From Prasinococcaceae sp. CCMP 1430 (lineage: Eukaryota; Plantae; Prasinodermophyta): a stretch of DNA of 47,444 nt. Location of the stretch: positions 94,077 to 141,520 of the forward strand of contig RQSC01000020.1 in NCBI GenBank assembly GCA_013416795.1, read 5' to 3'. The position numbers and the translations under genes are program-made. A model generated the notes under the pieces. That model searched no databases, was not told where the DNA came from, and saw only the letters and a program-made list of their open reading frames with translations. Shown in pieces: positions 1-10,820 of the stretch (within the stretch, counting starts at the first letter, position 1; each line of letters begins with the position of its first letter).

Positions 1-563
1 CCCAAACCCCCGCCGGCAGCCGCGGACGCACCCGGGGCTCGGCGCGGCGCGGAGGGGCGCGCGCGCGCGCGCGCTCGGGGAACGGCGCGCGGGAAAAAAA
101 GAAAACCGCCATCAAAAAGCACGCCGCGTGCCTCCGAAAAAGGGAAACGGAAAAGAAAAGGAGGAGAACGAGGCGTGCGAAAACGCCATCAAAAAGCACG
201 CAAAAGCCCCCCCTCTGAAAGAAAAAGGAGGCAACGCGCTCGGCGTCAAAAAAAAAAAGGGGGGACGGCGAACCCGGGACGAACGCGGCGCAGACCGGGA
301 TCGAATGGGGGCCGGAAGGCCGAGATTCGACAGGTGAAACGGGAATCGACCCGGGACTGACCCGGAACTGCCGCGTCGTTCGTCCGCGCGTCGACCCGAC
401 ACCAGCGCGCGCGGGCCGACGCACGGCCACGCGGGGCGCGCTGAGGAGAAAGCTGCGGCGGCGGTGGCGTCGGGAGCGGCGCAGGCGGCGCAGGCGGCCC
501 CTCCCCTCCGACCCTCGTCGCGCCGCGCGCGGGAGCGCGGCCGGCGCCGCCGAGCGCACGCAC

Positions 564-716
564 CTGCCTGCGCCTCTCGGCCTTGAGCAGCCTGTCGGTC
601 AGGCGCTCAGAGCACGCCGGCGCGCGCTCCTGCGCCGCCAGCCGTCTGCGCACCGGCGACGACGGCGGGCCGCGCACGACCGTGCCCACGTCCTCGCGGC
701 TGATGTTGAGCTCCAT
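564..716 (-). CDS. First exon (51 codons) of a gene running toward the window start; resembles the N-terminus of plant T-complex protein 11 (TCP11)-like proteins
   Basis: ATG at 716; MELNISREDVGTVVRGPPSSPVRRRLAAQERAPACSERLTDRLLKAERRRQ ends at CAG|GTGCGT, a phase-0 donor at 563. The pattern RRRL...RLxxAExRRQ recalls plant TCP11 N-termini. Downstream exons not identified. Confidence 0.35.
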
Positions 717-1002
717 ATCTCGCGCGCCACAGCCGAAGCGCGCACACCCGCGCGCACGCGCTCGCTCTCGCTCGGCCCCTCACGCGACCCTCGCCGCCGA
801 AGCGCGGCTCCGTCGTCAACCCCACCCCTCTCCCTCCCTCCTGCCCTCGCCTCCCCCAACCCCCTGCGCCGCGCGCCCGCTGCGCGCGCGCGCTGTGGAA
901 GCCTCCCCTCCCCCACCCCACCCCCCTCTTCCCCCCCCGCTGGCTGCCACCCGTGCGCGCGCGCGAGCCTGGCGCACCGCTCGCTCGCTCGCGCGCGCCC
1001 CC

Positions 1003-1170
1003 CAAAACCTAAACCCACCCGCGCCACCATTCGCCTCAAATTACATACAAACACGGCCTCGCACGAACCCTAAATGTAACCTAAATGCCCCGAGCGCGCG
1101 CGCCGCGCACCCGCTGCCCGAGAGCGCGCGCGGAAGCGCGCGCGCGGCAGATTTAGGGTAAAGGGTTTAA
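1003..1170. promoter_or_regulatory. Cluster of degenerate TTTAGGG/telo-box motifs
   Basis: AAAACCTAAACCC (about 1004-1017), AACCCTAAAT (1066-1075), AACCTAAAT (about 1078-1087), ATTTAGGGTAAAGGGTTT (1151-1168). The cluster is upstream of the 564-716 exon. Confidence 0.35.
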
Positions 1171-1699
1171 TGTATATATCAAAATCAATTATATGGATGT
1201 GGAATTGGGATCGGAAAAGGTTGGGGGTTGTTGCGCGCGCGCCCCTTTCCCGGCACGGCTCGCCGCGGATGGCGGGCGGCGTTCTTTGCGCGAAATGCAT
1301 TTTGATGTGTAAATACGCTCGCCCGTGGGTAGCCAGAGGGCCGCGTGAGGAAAAAAACGGGTGCGCGCGAAGGGGCACCGCCGCCGCCCCCACCCGACCC
1401 CACCTACCGAGACGAATTCCGGGTCTAATTGGGCGTGAGGGCGGGAGTGACCAGGGATTCTCGCGGCGGGTGCGGCGACTGACCCTAGTAATGCGGCACA
1501 GACCCGGTAAAGGAGCCCACGCAAAACATATCCTCGGGCTCGGAGGCGACGGCGCGCGCTGGTACAGGACAGGGTTCGGTTTGATGACCCGATCCACAAC
1601 GGCGCGCGAACGCGCACCTCGCGCGCGCGCGCGCGCACGTTGTGCGGGCACGCGCCTGCTGCTGCGCCGCCGCGGCCCGNNNNNNNNNNNNNNNNNNNN

Positions 1700-2990
1700 G
1701 CCCTTCTTCTTGGCGACGCCCTCGAGCATGTCCTGAATGCCCGGCATCATGCCGCGGAGGCCGCAGAAGTAGATGTGGCCGCCCTGGTTGAAGAGGATGT
1801 CGAACACCTCGTCGGCGTACTCCTCAACCTTGTTCTGGATGTACATCTTGCCGCCGTCCTTGTTCTTCTGCTCGCGCGAGAGCGCGAGGTCGTACTGGAA
1901 CTGGTCGGGGTACTTCTCGAGGTACTCCTGGAACTCGTCGTCGTACAGCAGCGCGTCCGAGTTGGCCACGCCCATGAAGAGCCACGCCTTGCCCGGGAAC
2001 TGCCACTTGGAGGAAAGGCCGATGCTCTGCTCCTTGAACATGCGCTTGAGGTAGCTGCGGAAGGGCGCGATGCCCGTGCCGGTGGCGACCATGATGTGCG
2101 TCTTGTCCTCCGAACCCTCGGGAAGGAGCATGACCTTGCCGGTGGGGCCGGTCATGGTGACCTTGGTGCCCGGGGTTGCGTCGCACAGGAAGTTCGAGCA
2201 GATGCCCTTCTTGGCGGGGTCCTCGGCGCCGAGCTCCGGGCACCAGTAGGTGGCGCGGCGCACGCACAGGGTGGCGGTCTTGCCGTCGAAGAAGTCACCG
2301 TAGCGCGACGAGGCGATCGAGTACAGGCGCACGGTGTTGGGCTTGCCGGGCTTCTTGGGGTTCTCGCCGGGCGGGATGACGCCGTACGACTGGCCCTCCC
2401 AGTAAGGCATGTCGCCGTCGTGCCTGATCACGATGTTCTTGGTCTCGCCGGTCGCCTTGGGGCCGACGATGCGCTCGCACGCCACCACCTCGCCGATGAA
2501 AGGCTTCTTGTTGGTGTAGGTGTTGAGCGGCAGCGGGCCGTCCTCGAGCTCGAGCGGCAGCTTGAACCCCGTCGCCGCGGGCGCAGCGGCCTTCGCGGCG
2601 GGGGCGGGGGGCTTGGGCTTGTCGGCCTCGGCGGCGTCCGCGCTGCTGCCCTCATTCTTCTTCTTCATCATCATGACAATCGCACCGGCCGCCACCACGC
2701 CCGCGGCCACGCGCGAGGTGGGAATGGGCAGCTCGAAGCCCTTGGTGGGGATGGTGAGCGAGTCGCCGACGGCGATCGACTTGGCGCTCTTGAGGCCGTT
2801 GGCGGACACGATGGAGTCAGCGTCAACGCCGTACTTGAGCGCCAGCGCGCTCACGGTATCGCCCTTGGCGACGGTGTGCATGGTCTTCGCATGCGCCGCC
2901 GGGGCGCCCAGCGCGCCGAGCGCGAGCGCCGCGCCCGCGAGCGCGCCCGCGCAGCGCGCGGGCGCGCGCCGCGCGCGCGGCAGCGCGGGG
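1700..2990 (-). CDS. FNR: LysM domain + transmembrane helix + root-type/green-algal ferredoxin-NADP+ reductase fusion; C-terminus in the N gap, start unresolved
   Basis: One uninterrupted frame: hydrophobic [15 protein letters not shown], LysM ([44 protein letters not shown], 2747-2878), TM ([19 protein letters not shown]), Ala/Pro linker, then FNR motifs [40 protein letters not shown] and YFCGLRGM. Frame enters the gap at 1699 before the expected terminal VEVY. Confidence 0.93.
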
Positions 2991-3429
2991 GCGGGCCAGG
3001 GGCGCAGACCGACCCCTCCCAGTCGTCGAGGGAGGGAGAGGGGTACAGGGGGAAGGTGGTGGTGGGGGGGGATGCAGCGCGTACGCTGTGTGGCGCCCGC
3101 AGCCGCGGCGAGACTCCGCGGACGAGGCGACTCAAAAAAAAAGTCCGCCGGAATTTCCCACAAAATTCGACCGGAAAGAATCAAAATCAAAATCCATGTC
3201 CGAACCCGAAAACACGCGTGCAATACGCGCCGACACGAATTCGCATTATGTGAGATTTTGGGTGGCTCTCTGTCGTTTGTGACGTCAACATTAATGCTCA
3301 ATAACTTACAGAAAAGCATTTGGGAGTGAGTATTTCCGTGCGAGGCGTCGACCGACGCACGCCCCCCCAACCGAAAAAGTGCATGGCCGCCGCCGCCACG
3401 CTGGCGCCGGGCGCGTGCGCGCGATGCGT

Positions 3430-3447
3430 GCGCGTGCGTGTGTGTGC

Positions 3448-3483
<36 letters not shown>

Positions 3484-3489
3484 GTGTGC

Positions 3490-3558
<69 letters not shown>

Positions 3559-3581
3559 NNNNNNNNNNNNNNNNNNNNNNN

Positions 3582-3668
<87 letters not shown>
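3430..3668. repeat. (GT)n/(CA)n microsatellite interrupted by an N gap
   Basis: Long GTGT tract with a few GC interruptions, Ns at 3559-3581. Confidence 0.97.
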
Positions 3669-3956
3669 TGTGCCACTGCGCCACTGCGGGCGCGCGCGTT
3701 GCGTGCGCAGTGCTGCGCTCGGGCGCGGAAGCGTGCGCGCGTGTGGGGGCGGGGCGCGCGCAAGGTCAAGCGCGAGGCGCAGGCGTTCGGGATGGGGGAA
3801 GGGCGGTGCGTGTGTCATGGTGGTCGCGTGGGGGTGTGGAGGGGCGGGGGAAAGGCCTGGCGGTCCGGGTGGGCGTGAGGAGGGTGGATTGGCTGTAGCA
3901 GCCAGGCCGTGTTACGAAGAGTCGCGACGCCGGGGCTGCGTACGGTTGCGCGGCGG

Positions 3957-6799
3957 CTAGGCGATCGCGGGCCGAGGCGCAGGGGCCGAGCGCCGCACAG
4001 GGGCGACCACCCAGCGCCTCACAGGGGCGACCACCCAGCGCCTGAGCATGGCCCTGGCGAGGTGCGCCGAGGTGCTCATCGACACACGCCCGAAGAGGAT
4101 CGCCACCTGCAGCCAGACCATCTTGCTCGGGGGCAGCCTGCTCAGCCCGCCGCGGGCGAGCAGCAGGAGGCGCCTCCGGCGCGCGCGCGCGCGTGCGCGC
4201 ACCGCCGGGTCGTCCGACGACTCGGCGGACGTGCCGGTCAGCGCACGCTCCGCGGCGCGCGCGAGCGCGAGCGCAATCTTCCGCCGCAGCAGCGCCGCGC
4301 CAGAGCTCAGGCCGCCCTGCACCACCGACGTCATGTCCGTCTCCAGCAGCACGCGCCGCAGGCCGGCGCCACGGCGCGAGACCAGCAGCTCGAACAGGTC
4401 GCCGATGGCGTCGCTCTTGGCGCCCTCCGCCGACGTCGACGGCGGCCTGCCGCCGAGCACGGAGGCGCTCTCGGCGATGCCGCTCGCGCTCAGAGCGCCC
4501 TGTGCGCGCTCGACCTCGCGCGCGAAGGCCTCGATGCGCCCCCAGCGCAGCTCGCCGCGGTCGGTGAGCAGCAGCTGCCGCAGCACCGAGCGAGTCTCCG
4601 CGCAGTTGTCCGTCACCACGCGCCGCAGCACGTACGGATACGCCGCGCTGAAGATGCGGAAGTTCTCATCCGCCGCCAATGCGATGCCCTCCAGGGTGGT
4701 CAGCGAGCGCAGCACGAGCGTGTAATACGGCGGCAGGCGGAAGCGGAAACGCAGCGCCACCTGAATGAGGGCGGCCGCCACCGGCCCGAAGCGCAGGGGC
4801 AGCCCGACGTCGCCGTCATCGCCGCTGGAGAGGCCGTCGTTCCCCGTGCTCAGGGGGCGCTCAAGGTCGCTCCCAGTGCCGAGGGCATCCTCGAGCGCCA
4901 TCGCCACCTCGCCGCGGTCCGCCCACGGCGGCAGCACCTCCATCGCCGCGAGGTCGTCCGTGAGCGGGCGCCACTCGGCGTTCGCCATGTGCGCCAGCGC
5001 AGCGAGCATCGCGCGGCTGTGGTCGCGCCGGACCTGGCACAGCAGCCCGAAGTCGAGGAAGGCGAGCTTGCCGTCGCGCGTGAGCAGCAAGTTGCCCGGG
5101 TGCGGGTCCGCGTGCAGCAGCCCAGTCTCCAGCAGCTGGCACAGGCAGGCGGCCACGCCCATGTTCACCAGCCCGATGGTGCGAGCGGTGGCCTCCTCCT
5201 GCGAGGCCCCGCTCACCCCCTGCGACGTCTCGCGGCTGATGTCGCGGATGGTCTCGCCGTCGACCCACTCCATCGTGAGCACGCGGTCCGCGGAGAGCTC
5301 GTCTATCGGCTCGGGCACTCGCACGAAGTCCAGGTGGCGGTGCGCATCGGCGAACGCGTGCCCGTTCGCCGCCTCGCGCCTGTAGTTGAGCTCGCCGCAC
5401 AGGGCGCGTCCCAACTCGTCGGCGAGTGCCGGCAAGTCGGTGCGAATGTTGGCGGTCCTCTTGAGCGCGGTGAGCGCCGAGCGCAGCAGATAGACGTCTG
5501 CGGACACCGCGAGCAGGCTGCCTGGGCGCTGCACCTTCACGGCGACCTCTCGCCCGCCCATGGTCTTGCCGCGATACACCTGGCCGAGGCTGGCCGCGGC
5601 GATGGGTTCGTTGGAGAGCTCGGCGAACAGGTCTTGCGTGGGCCTCCCAAGCTGCTCGCGAATGGTGGCCAGGGCCGCGGCCGTCGAGAACGGCTCTTGC
5701 GAATCCTGCAGCTCTGCCAGCACGCCCGTCACCTCGGCGGGCAGGATGTCAGGCCTCGCCGACAGAGTCTGCGCCGCCTTGACGAACGTCGGGCCGAGGC
5801 GCACACACGCCGCGCGGACCACCTCGGCCTGCCGGCGGCGGATGCGCCCCTCCAGGGTCGCTCTCTTCAGCTCCTCGGTGTACTCCTCCTTGGTAAGCAG
5901 CGGCTCCTCGATGCTAGCGTTGTCATCTCCCTTCCCCTTCTCGCCGAACAGCTCGTTGGACGTGTTCTCCATTTGTCGGAGCAGCCTCTGCAGCTGGCGG
6001 TCGAAAGGGTTGGTGAGGCTCAGCATGACGTCCTCGAAGACGACGCTGAATGACGCGCCGGCGACCACGGCGGCAATGTTGAGGACGCGCGCCACGAGTG
6101 CCAGCGGGCGCGTCTCGAAGTACTCCGCCACGCGCTCGGGGTCCCACTCGGGGCTGAGCTCAACAGGGTGCACCCAGCGATACAGCCCCTTCAGGTCTCC
6201 CGCCACCGTGTCCACCGGCCGCTGCAGCGTGTTCAAAGGGTTCGACATGCGCGCGGCGTTGCGCTCGCGCACGTACGTCGCCAGCCCGTCCAGTCGCAGC
6301 TGGAGGAGCTCGGCGATGCCACCGGGAGAGCGCGATCGCGTCGCGGGAAAGTCGCGACCTCCCAGCGTGCGCCGCACGCGCCACTTTCGCCGCTGCTCCG
6401 GCGGCACCTCCTCCTTGGGGGTCTTCTTCCCTTGCAGTCGAATCACGATTCGGCGCACGAGCGGAGGGAAACTGAGGCGCCGCGTCTTCTCCTCATCCTC
6501 CGAGCTCGTCGCACCGTCCACACGCGCGGCGCGCGCGCGGTCGTCCTTCTCGGACTCCTTGTCGCCGGCGCCCTCCGCGTCGTCGTCCTGCGACGGCAGG
6601 CGAGCGGCGACCGCCGCCCTGAACCTCGACAACGCGTTGCCGCGCCCCTCGTCGCCGGCGTCGCCTGCTCCCACCGCGCCCGCATCCTCGCCGTCCTCAC
6701 CGTGCGTCTCAACCTCGGCCGCGGACTCCACGGGCTCCATCTCCAGCGGCTCGACCGCCGCGCCGCCGCCAGCCTCGCCGCCGCCCTCCGTAGCAGACG
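3957..6799 (-). CDS. ABC1K: ABC1/UbiB atypical kinase (plastid ABC1K type; C-terminal region recalls At2g39190); start in the N gap
   Basis: Motifs LGPTFVKAAQTLSARPDILP, IAAASLGQVYRG, VAVKVQRP, LLHADPHPGNLL, FLDFGL and FRLPPYYTLVLRSL. TAG at 3957-3959. Frame open into the gap at 6800. Confidence 0.93.
3996..4043. repeat. Perfect 24-bp tandem duplication in the ABC1K C-terminus
   Basis: CACAGGGGCGACCACCCAGCGCCT at 3996-4019 and 4020-4043, giving RRWVVAPV twice on the minus strand. Confidence 0.95.
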
Positions 6800-7203
6800 N
6801 NNNNNNNNNNNNNNNNNNNNNNNNNNNNNNNNNNNNNNNNNNNNNNNNNNNNNNNNNNNNNNNNNNNNNNNNNNNNNNNNNNNNNNNNNNNNNNNNNNNN
6901 NNNNNNNNNNNNNNNNNNNNNNNNNNNNNNNNNNNNNNNNNNNNNNNNNNNNNNNNNNNNNNNNNNNNNNNNNNNNNNNNNNNNNNNNNNNNNNNNNNNN
7001 NNNNNNNNNNNNNNNNNNNNNNNNNNNNNNNNNNNNNNNNNNNNNNNNNNNNNNNNNNNNNNNNNNNNNNNNNNNNNNNNNNNNNNNNNNNNNNNNNNNN
7101 NNNNNNNNNNNNNNNNNNNNNNNNNNNNNNNNNNNNNNNNNNNNNNNNNNNNNNNNNNNNNNNNNNNNNNNNNNNNNNNNNNNNNNNNNNNNNNNNNNNN
7201 NNN

Positions 7204-7713
7204 GCGGCCGCGGCCGCGGTGGGCGGGAACGGCCGCGGCGACGCGCCGGTGTCCGCGGAGGAGCTGCGGCTGGGCGCGTACGGAGCGCTGGGTCTCGCGT
7301 GCGAGGCGGTCGTGGGGGTGTCCGCCGCGCACGTCTACAGCTACGGCTGCGGCCTGCCGCCGGGGCCCGCAGGCCTCGAGGGCCTGGGCGAGGGGCTGAG
7401 CTATCTCGGTGTCACGGGCGTCCTCGCTGCGTCATTGGTGACGAAGGTGCAGACGGGCTCGGGCCTCCCCACCGGCCGCCCAGGCTATCAGCTGGGGCCA
7501 GGCGCCCTGCTGGGCCTCGCCGAGGGCATTGCCTACCTCTACGTCGCCGCACTCGCGCTGCTCATTGCCGCGGGCGTCGCGCTCGGCGGCGTCGACGCCG
7601 TGCTGCCACCGCCCGACGACGTGGTGTGCGGCGCCGCTCGCGAGGCCGCCGACGCGTCGCCGGCCGCACGCCTGGACCCATGCACGTATGACGCAGACAT
7701 CTGCGTGCGCTGA
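7204..7713 (+). CDS. Conserved uncharacterised green-lineage membrane protein with two GxGLP-GP-GL-G-xEG-SYL repeats; start in the N gap
   Basis: YGCGLPPGPAGLEGLGEGLSYL ... TKVQTGSGLPTG...GPGALLGLAEGIAYL, hydrophobic helices, and a C-terminal PPPDDVVC. I recall this pattern from plant plastid membrane proteins of unknown function. Confidence 0.75.
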   Translation, partial: AAAAAVGGNGRGDAPVSAEELRLGAYGALGLACEAVVGVSAAHVYSYGCGLPPGPAGLEGLGEGLSYLGVTGVLAASLVTKVQTGSGLPTGRPGYQLGPGALLGLAEGIAYLYVAALALLIAAGVALGGVDAVLPPPDDVVCGAAREAADASPAARLDPCTYDADICVR

Positions 7714-7814
7714 GGGCGTGGGGGCCTCCTCACAAGCAGCCGCGACGCCAGACGCGCGCTGGCGCGCGTGTACATGTACTAGTAAACGTATTACCGCTCG
7801 CCGACCGGCGCGCG

Positions 7815-8623
7815 TCAACGCCACGACTCGTAGCCCTCGTGGAGGACCATGGGGCCGGCAATCTCATCGGCGACGTCGGCGCCGCATAGCTCCTCGACCG
7901 CCGCCAACGCGAACTCGAACGCGGTCCCCGGCCCCCGCGACGTCAGCAGGCCCGGCTCGCGCACGACGCGGCTCGCCTGCGCGCTCGGATCGGGCAGTTT
8001 GTCGCTACGATCGGTGGAGATGCGCACGAGATGTCCGCGCAGTGCGCAACGGCGCGTGGGGGCCGCAGCGAGCTCGTGCGTCAGCATGTGCAGGGGCGCG
8101 CGAAACGACCACAGGGGCAAGACAGGGTGCATGCGGGAGGGCCGATGGGCCTCGCACCTGAAGGCCGGGTGCGCGGTCGCCTTGGTGTCCTCGGTGATGA
8201 CGCCCCACGAGGCGAGGGCCACCTGCGGTGCGGCGCAGATGGCGCCGACGAGCGCGCCTCGCTCATTCTGCGCGCACACGGCCTCGCGCAGCGTGTCGCT
8301 GTCGCGCAGGCGTTCGGCGCCCGGCATGCCGCCTGGCAGCAGCACCGCGTCGTACTGCGCGCCCGCCGCAAGTGCGTCGGCAAGCCCGGCGTCGGCCACC
8401 AGGCGCGTGCGACGCGCACACTCAACCTGCAGGCGGCCATCCTCGACCGATGCGACAGTCACATCCACGCCCGCACGGCGCAGCACGTCAATAATGATCA
8501 CTGCCTCCATCTCCTCGCTCCCGTCGGCGACCGGCACGAGCGCCGTCGGCGCGGCCGCGGCCGCGGCCGCGCGCGGCCACGAGTACGCGCGCCACGGCGC
8601 ACGCGCGCGCGACAAGCGCTCAT
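7815..8623 (-). CDS. DJ1: DJ-1/ThiJ/PfpI family protein, 2 exons (8158-8623; 7815-8004)
   Basis: ALVPVADGSEEMEAVIIIDVLRRAG, LLPGGMPGAERL, GAICAAP, TSRGPGTAFEF. Intron 8005-8157 (GTGCGA...CGTAG) restores AHPAFSDKL. The ATG at 8623 is 2 nt out of frame across a (CG)5 tract. Confidence 0.92.
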
Positions 8624-8720
8624 GGTCCGAGTGGTGGCGCGGTGCAGCTNCGCCGCGGAGGCGGGAGGCGCAGCGAGCCGAGCGGGCCGCCGCGCGCGCC
8701 GGCCGCCGCCGCCGGCCGTC

Positions 8721-9726
8721 ATGAAGTACGCGCAGCTTGTGTGTGGGCCCGCCGGCGCGGGCAAGAGCACGTACTGCGCGACGTTGCTCAACCATACCGA
8801 GGCGTCGGGCGCGCGGCGGGACATGAAGGTTATCAACCTCGACCCGGCAGCCGAGGATTTCTGCTACCCGGTCGCCATCGACATTCGCGAGCTCGTGAGC
8901 CTTGAGGACGTCATGGAGGAGTTGGGGCTCGGCCCCAACGGGGGCCTGCTGTACTGCTTCGACTACCTGCAGGAGCACCTCGAGGACTGGCTGCAGGAGG
9001 AGATGGACCAGTTCGCGGACGAGACGTACTTCCTCATAGACCTGCCCGGTCAGATCGAGCTCTTCACACACGCGCCCGTGCTGCGCAAACTCGCCGACTC
9101 GCTCACCGCATGGGACGTGCGCGCGTGCGCCATCTACGTGCTAGACTCGCACTTCGCGTCGGACGTCACCAAGTTCATCAGCGGCACCATGGCATGCCTG
9201 AGGTGAGCGGTCAGCGAGCTGCGGCGTGTGCAGCGAAGGAGCACGAGGGGAAGCACGCAACGCTGAGCGCTCTTGCTCCCCCGCCGCGCGCGCCAGATGC
9301 GTGGGCGCGGCTGCCCGCGTGAACGCCGTGCTGACTGTGCGCGTTGCCGACGCCGCCGTGCCGCCGCGCGCGCGCAGCACGATGGTGATGCTGGAGCTGC
9401 CGCACGTCAGCGTGCTCTCCAAGGTGGACAAGATCCCCGAGGAGGAGCGAGGCAAGCTCGACGAGTTCCTGCACCCCGACGCGCGCCTGCTCATGGCGGA
9501 CCTCGCCGCGGACACCCCACCGCGGCTGGCCAAGCTGAACAACTCGGTGGCTGCGCTGCTAGACGACTACTCGCTGGTTAGCTTCCTGCCTTTGGATGTG
9601 AAGGACGAGGACACCGTCGCCGTCGTGCTGATGCACGCCGACGAGGCCCTACAGTTCGGCGAGAACCAAGAGCCACAGGAGCACATCCCGCCCGACGCCG
9701 ACGACGGGAATGACTTCGCGTTCTGA
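8721..9726 (+). CDS. GPN3: GPN-loop GTPase 3, 2 exons (8721-9202; 9378-9726)
   Basis: MKYAQLVCGPAGAGKSTYC P-loop, NLDPAAE, LGPNGGL (GPN motif), DLPGQIELF, SKVD. Intron 9203-9377 GTGAGC...GCAG is frame-consistent. Confidence 0.96.
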
Positions 9727-10013
9727 GGGGCTTCCGCCGGGGGCGGCGCCCGCGTCGGGTAGAGCTCGAGGCGACGCACAAGGCACAATTAATAGTCGAC
9801 GACCCTGCATAGTACAGTGACACCGAGCAAGCGTGCGAGCGCATGGCGGGAGCACGGCGCGCGCTCTTCGATGGCTGCGCGCGCACGCGCGTGCTCGCGC
9901 ATGCGTCTGCGAGCGCGCACTCGCTCACGGGGCTGCTCTGGCACGCGACGAGCACCGCGCACTGGCAGCCTGACCGAGGCGGGCCGGTGCAAATCCTGTG
10001 TGCACACATCGCT

Positions 10014-10820
10014 CTACATGCGCGTCCCGAGTAGCGCTCGGATGCTCCAGCGCTCTTTCGTCGGGACTTTGCCAGCACCGCTGCCTGCCACACAGGGCGG
10101 GGCGGTCGCCCCGACGAACGACGCGCAGAGGAGTGTGCGCCGCACCCGCGACGCGTTCGCGCCGCCGCGGTGCCATGTGAGGGAGTCCATCAGCACCAAG
10201 TCGCCTGCGCGCAGCTCGTACCACACCGGCTCGCGTGTCCCCCCGCCCCCCGCGGGCGGGGCCCGCCAGCAATTGTCCGGGAAGCAGCGCGGCGCGTGTG
10301 TCCCGGGGACAAAGTACGTCGGGCCCGCTGCCTCGTCCGCGACATCGTGCAGCGCTACAAACATCGTCACCACGCGCGCGCCGTCGTCGTCGCTCCAGGC
10401 GCCGTCAGCGTGTAGGTCCTGCGCTGCTGCACCAGGCTCGCTCGTGATGGCGAGCAGCTCGCGCAGCTCGGCGTCTGTGCCCAACGAATCCACGAGCGCA
10501 GCGCCAGCGTCGCCTGATAGCGCATCGCGCAGCACCGCCTCGACGGCCTGAGTGACGCGCAAGGCAAAGTCCCGCCTGTGTGCCACGCTGCCATCACCCA
10601 ATAGGCCGCTGCCCACGGCAGGTGCCAGCGCAAAAGGGATGAAGTGGCGGCCAGCACCCTGTGCCTCGGCTCGCGCGCTCTCCGCCATGGTCTGCGGTAG
10701 CGCTAGCATTTGGCCGAGGCCGGCAAGGACCTCCGCGAGGCACGCAGCGCATGCCGCTACGCCGCAGGCGCCGCGCTGCACGCTCACGCCTGCGGTATTC
10801 AGCTCCGCCGCCGCGCCCAT
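10014..10820 (-). CDS. Phytanoyl-CoA dioxygenase (PhyH)-like Fe(II)/2-oxoglutarate dioxygenase
   Basis: QDLHAD (HxD), MFVALHDV...GPTYFVPGTH, AGDLVLMDSLTWHRGGAN...RR. First ATG at 10820; the longer ORF begins at a GTG. Confidence 0.85.
   Translation of the reverse strand: MGAAAELNTAGVSVQRGACGVAACAACLAEVLAGLGQMLALPQTMAESARAEAQGAGRHFIPFALAPAVGSGLLGDGSVAHRRDFALRVTQAVEAVLRDALSGDAGAALVDSLGTDAELRELLAITSEPGAAAQDLHADGAWSDDDGARVVTMFVALHDVADEAAGPTYFVPGTHAPRCFPDNCWRAPPAGGGGTREPVWYELRAGDLVLMDSLTWHRGGANASRVRRTLLCASFVGATAPPCVAGSGAGKVPTKERWSIRALLGTRM

Noticed and set aside
1-10. CCCAAACCCC at the window start as a telomere
   Set aside because: A single imperfect unit, not a tandem CCCTAAA array.
3383-3440. 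Plus-strand ATG GCC GCC GCC ([10 protein letters not shown]) followed by a GTGCGT donor-like site
   Set aside because: No downstream exon could be found before the convergent ABC1K 3' end.
3298-3960. Long ORFs with poly-HT or poly-CV runs, including an apparent N-terminal extension of FNR to 3769
   Set aside because: They are translations of the (GT)n microsatellite and an N gap.
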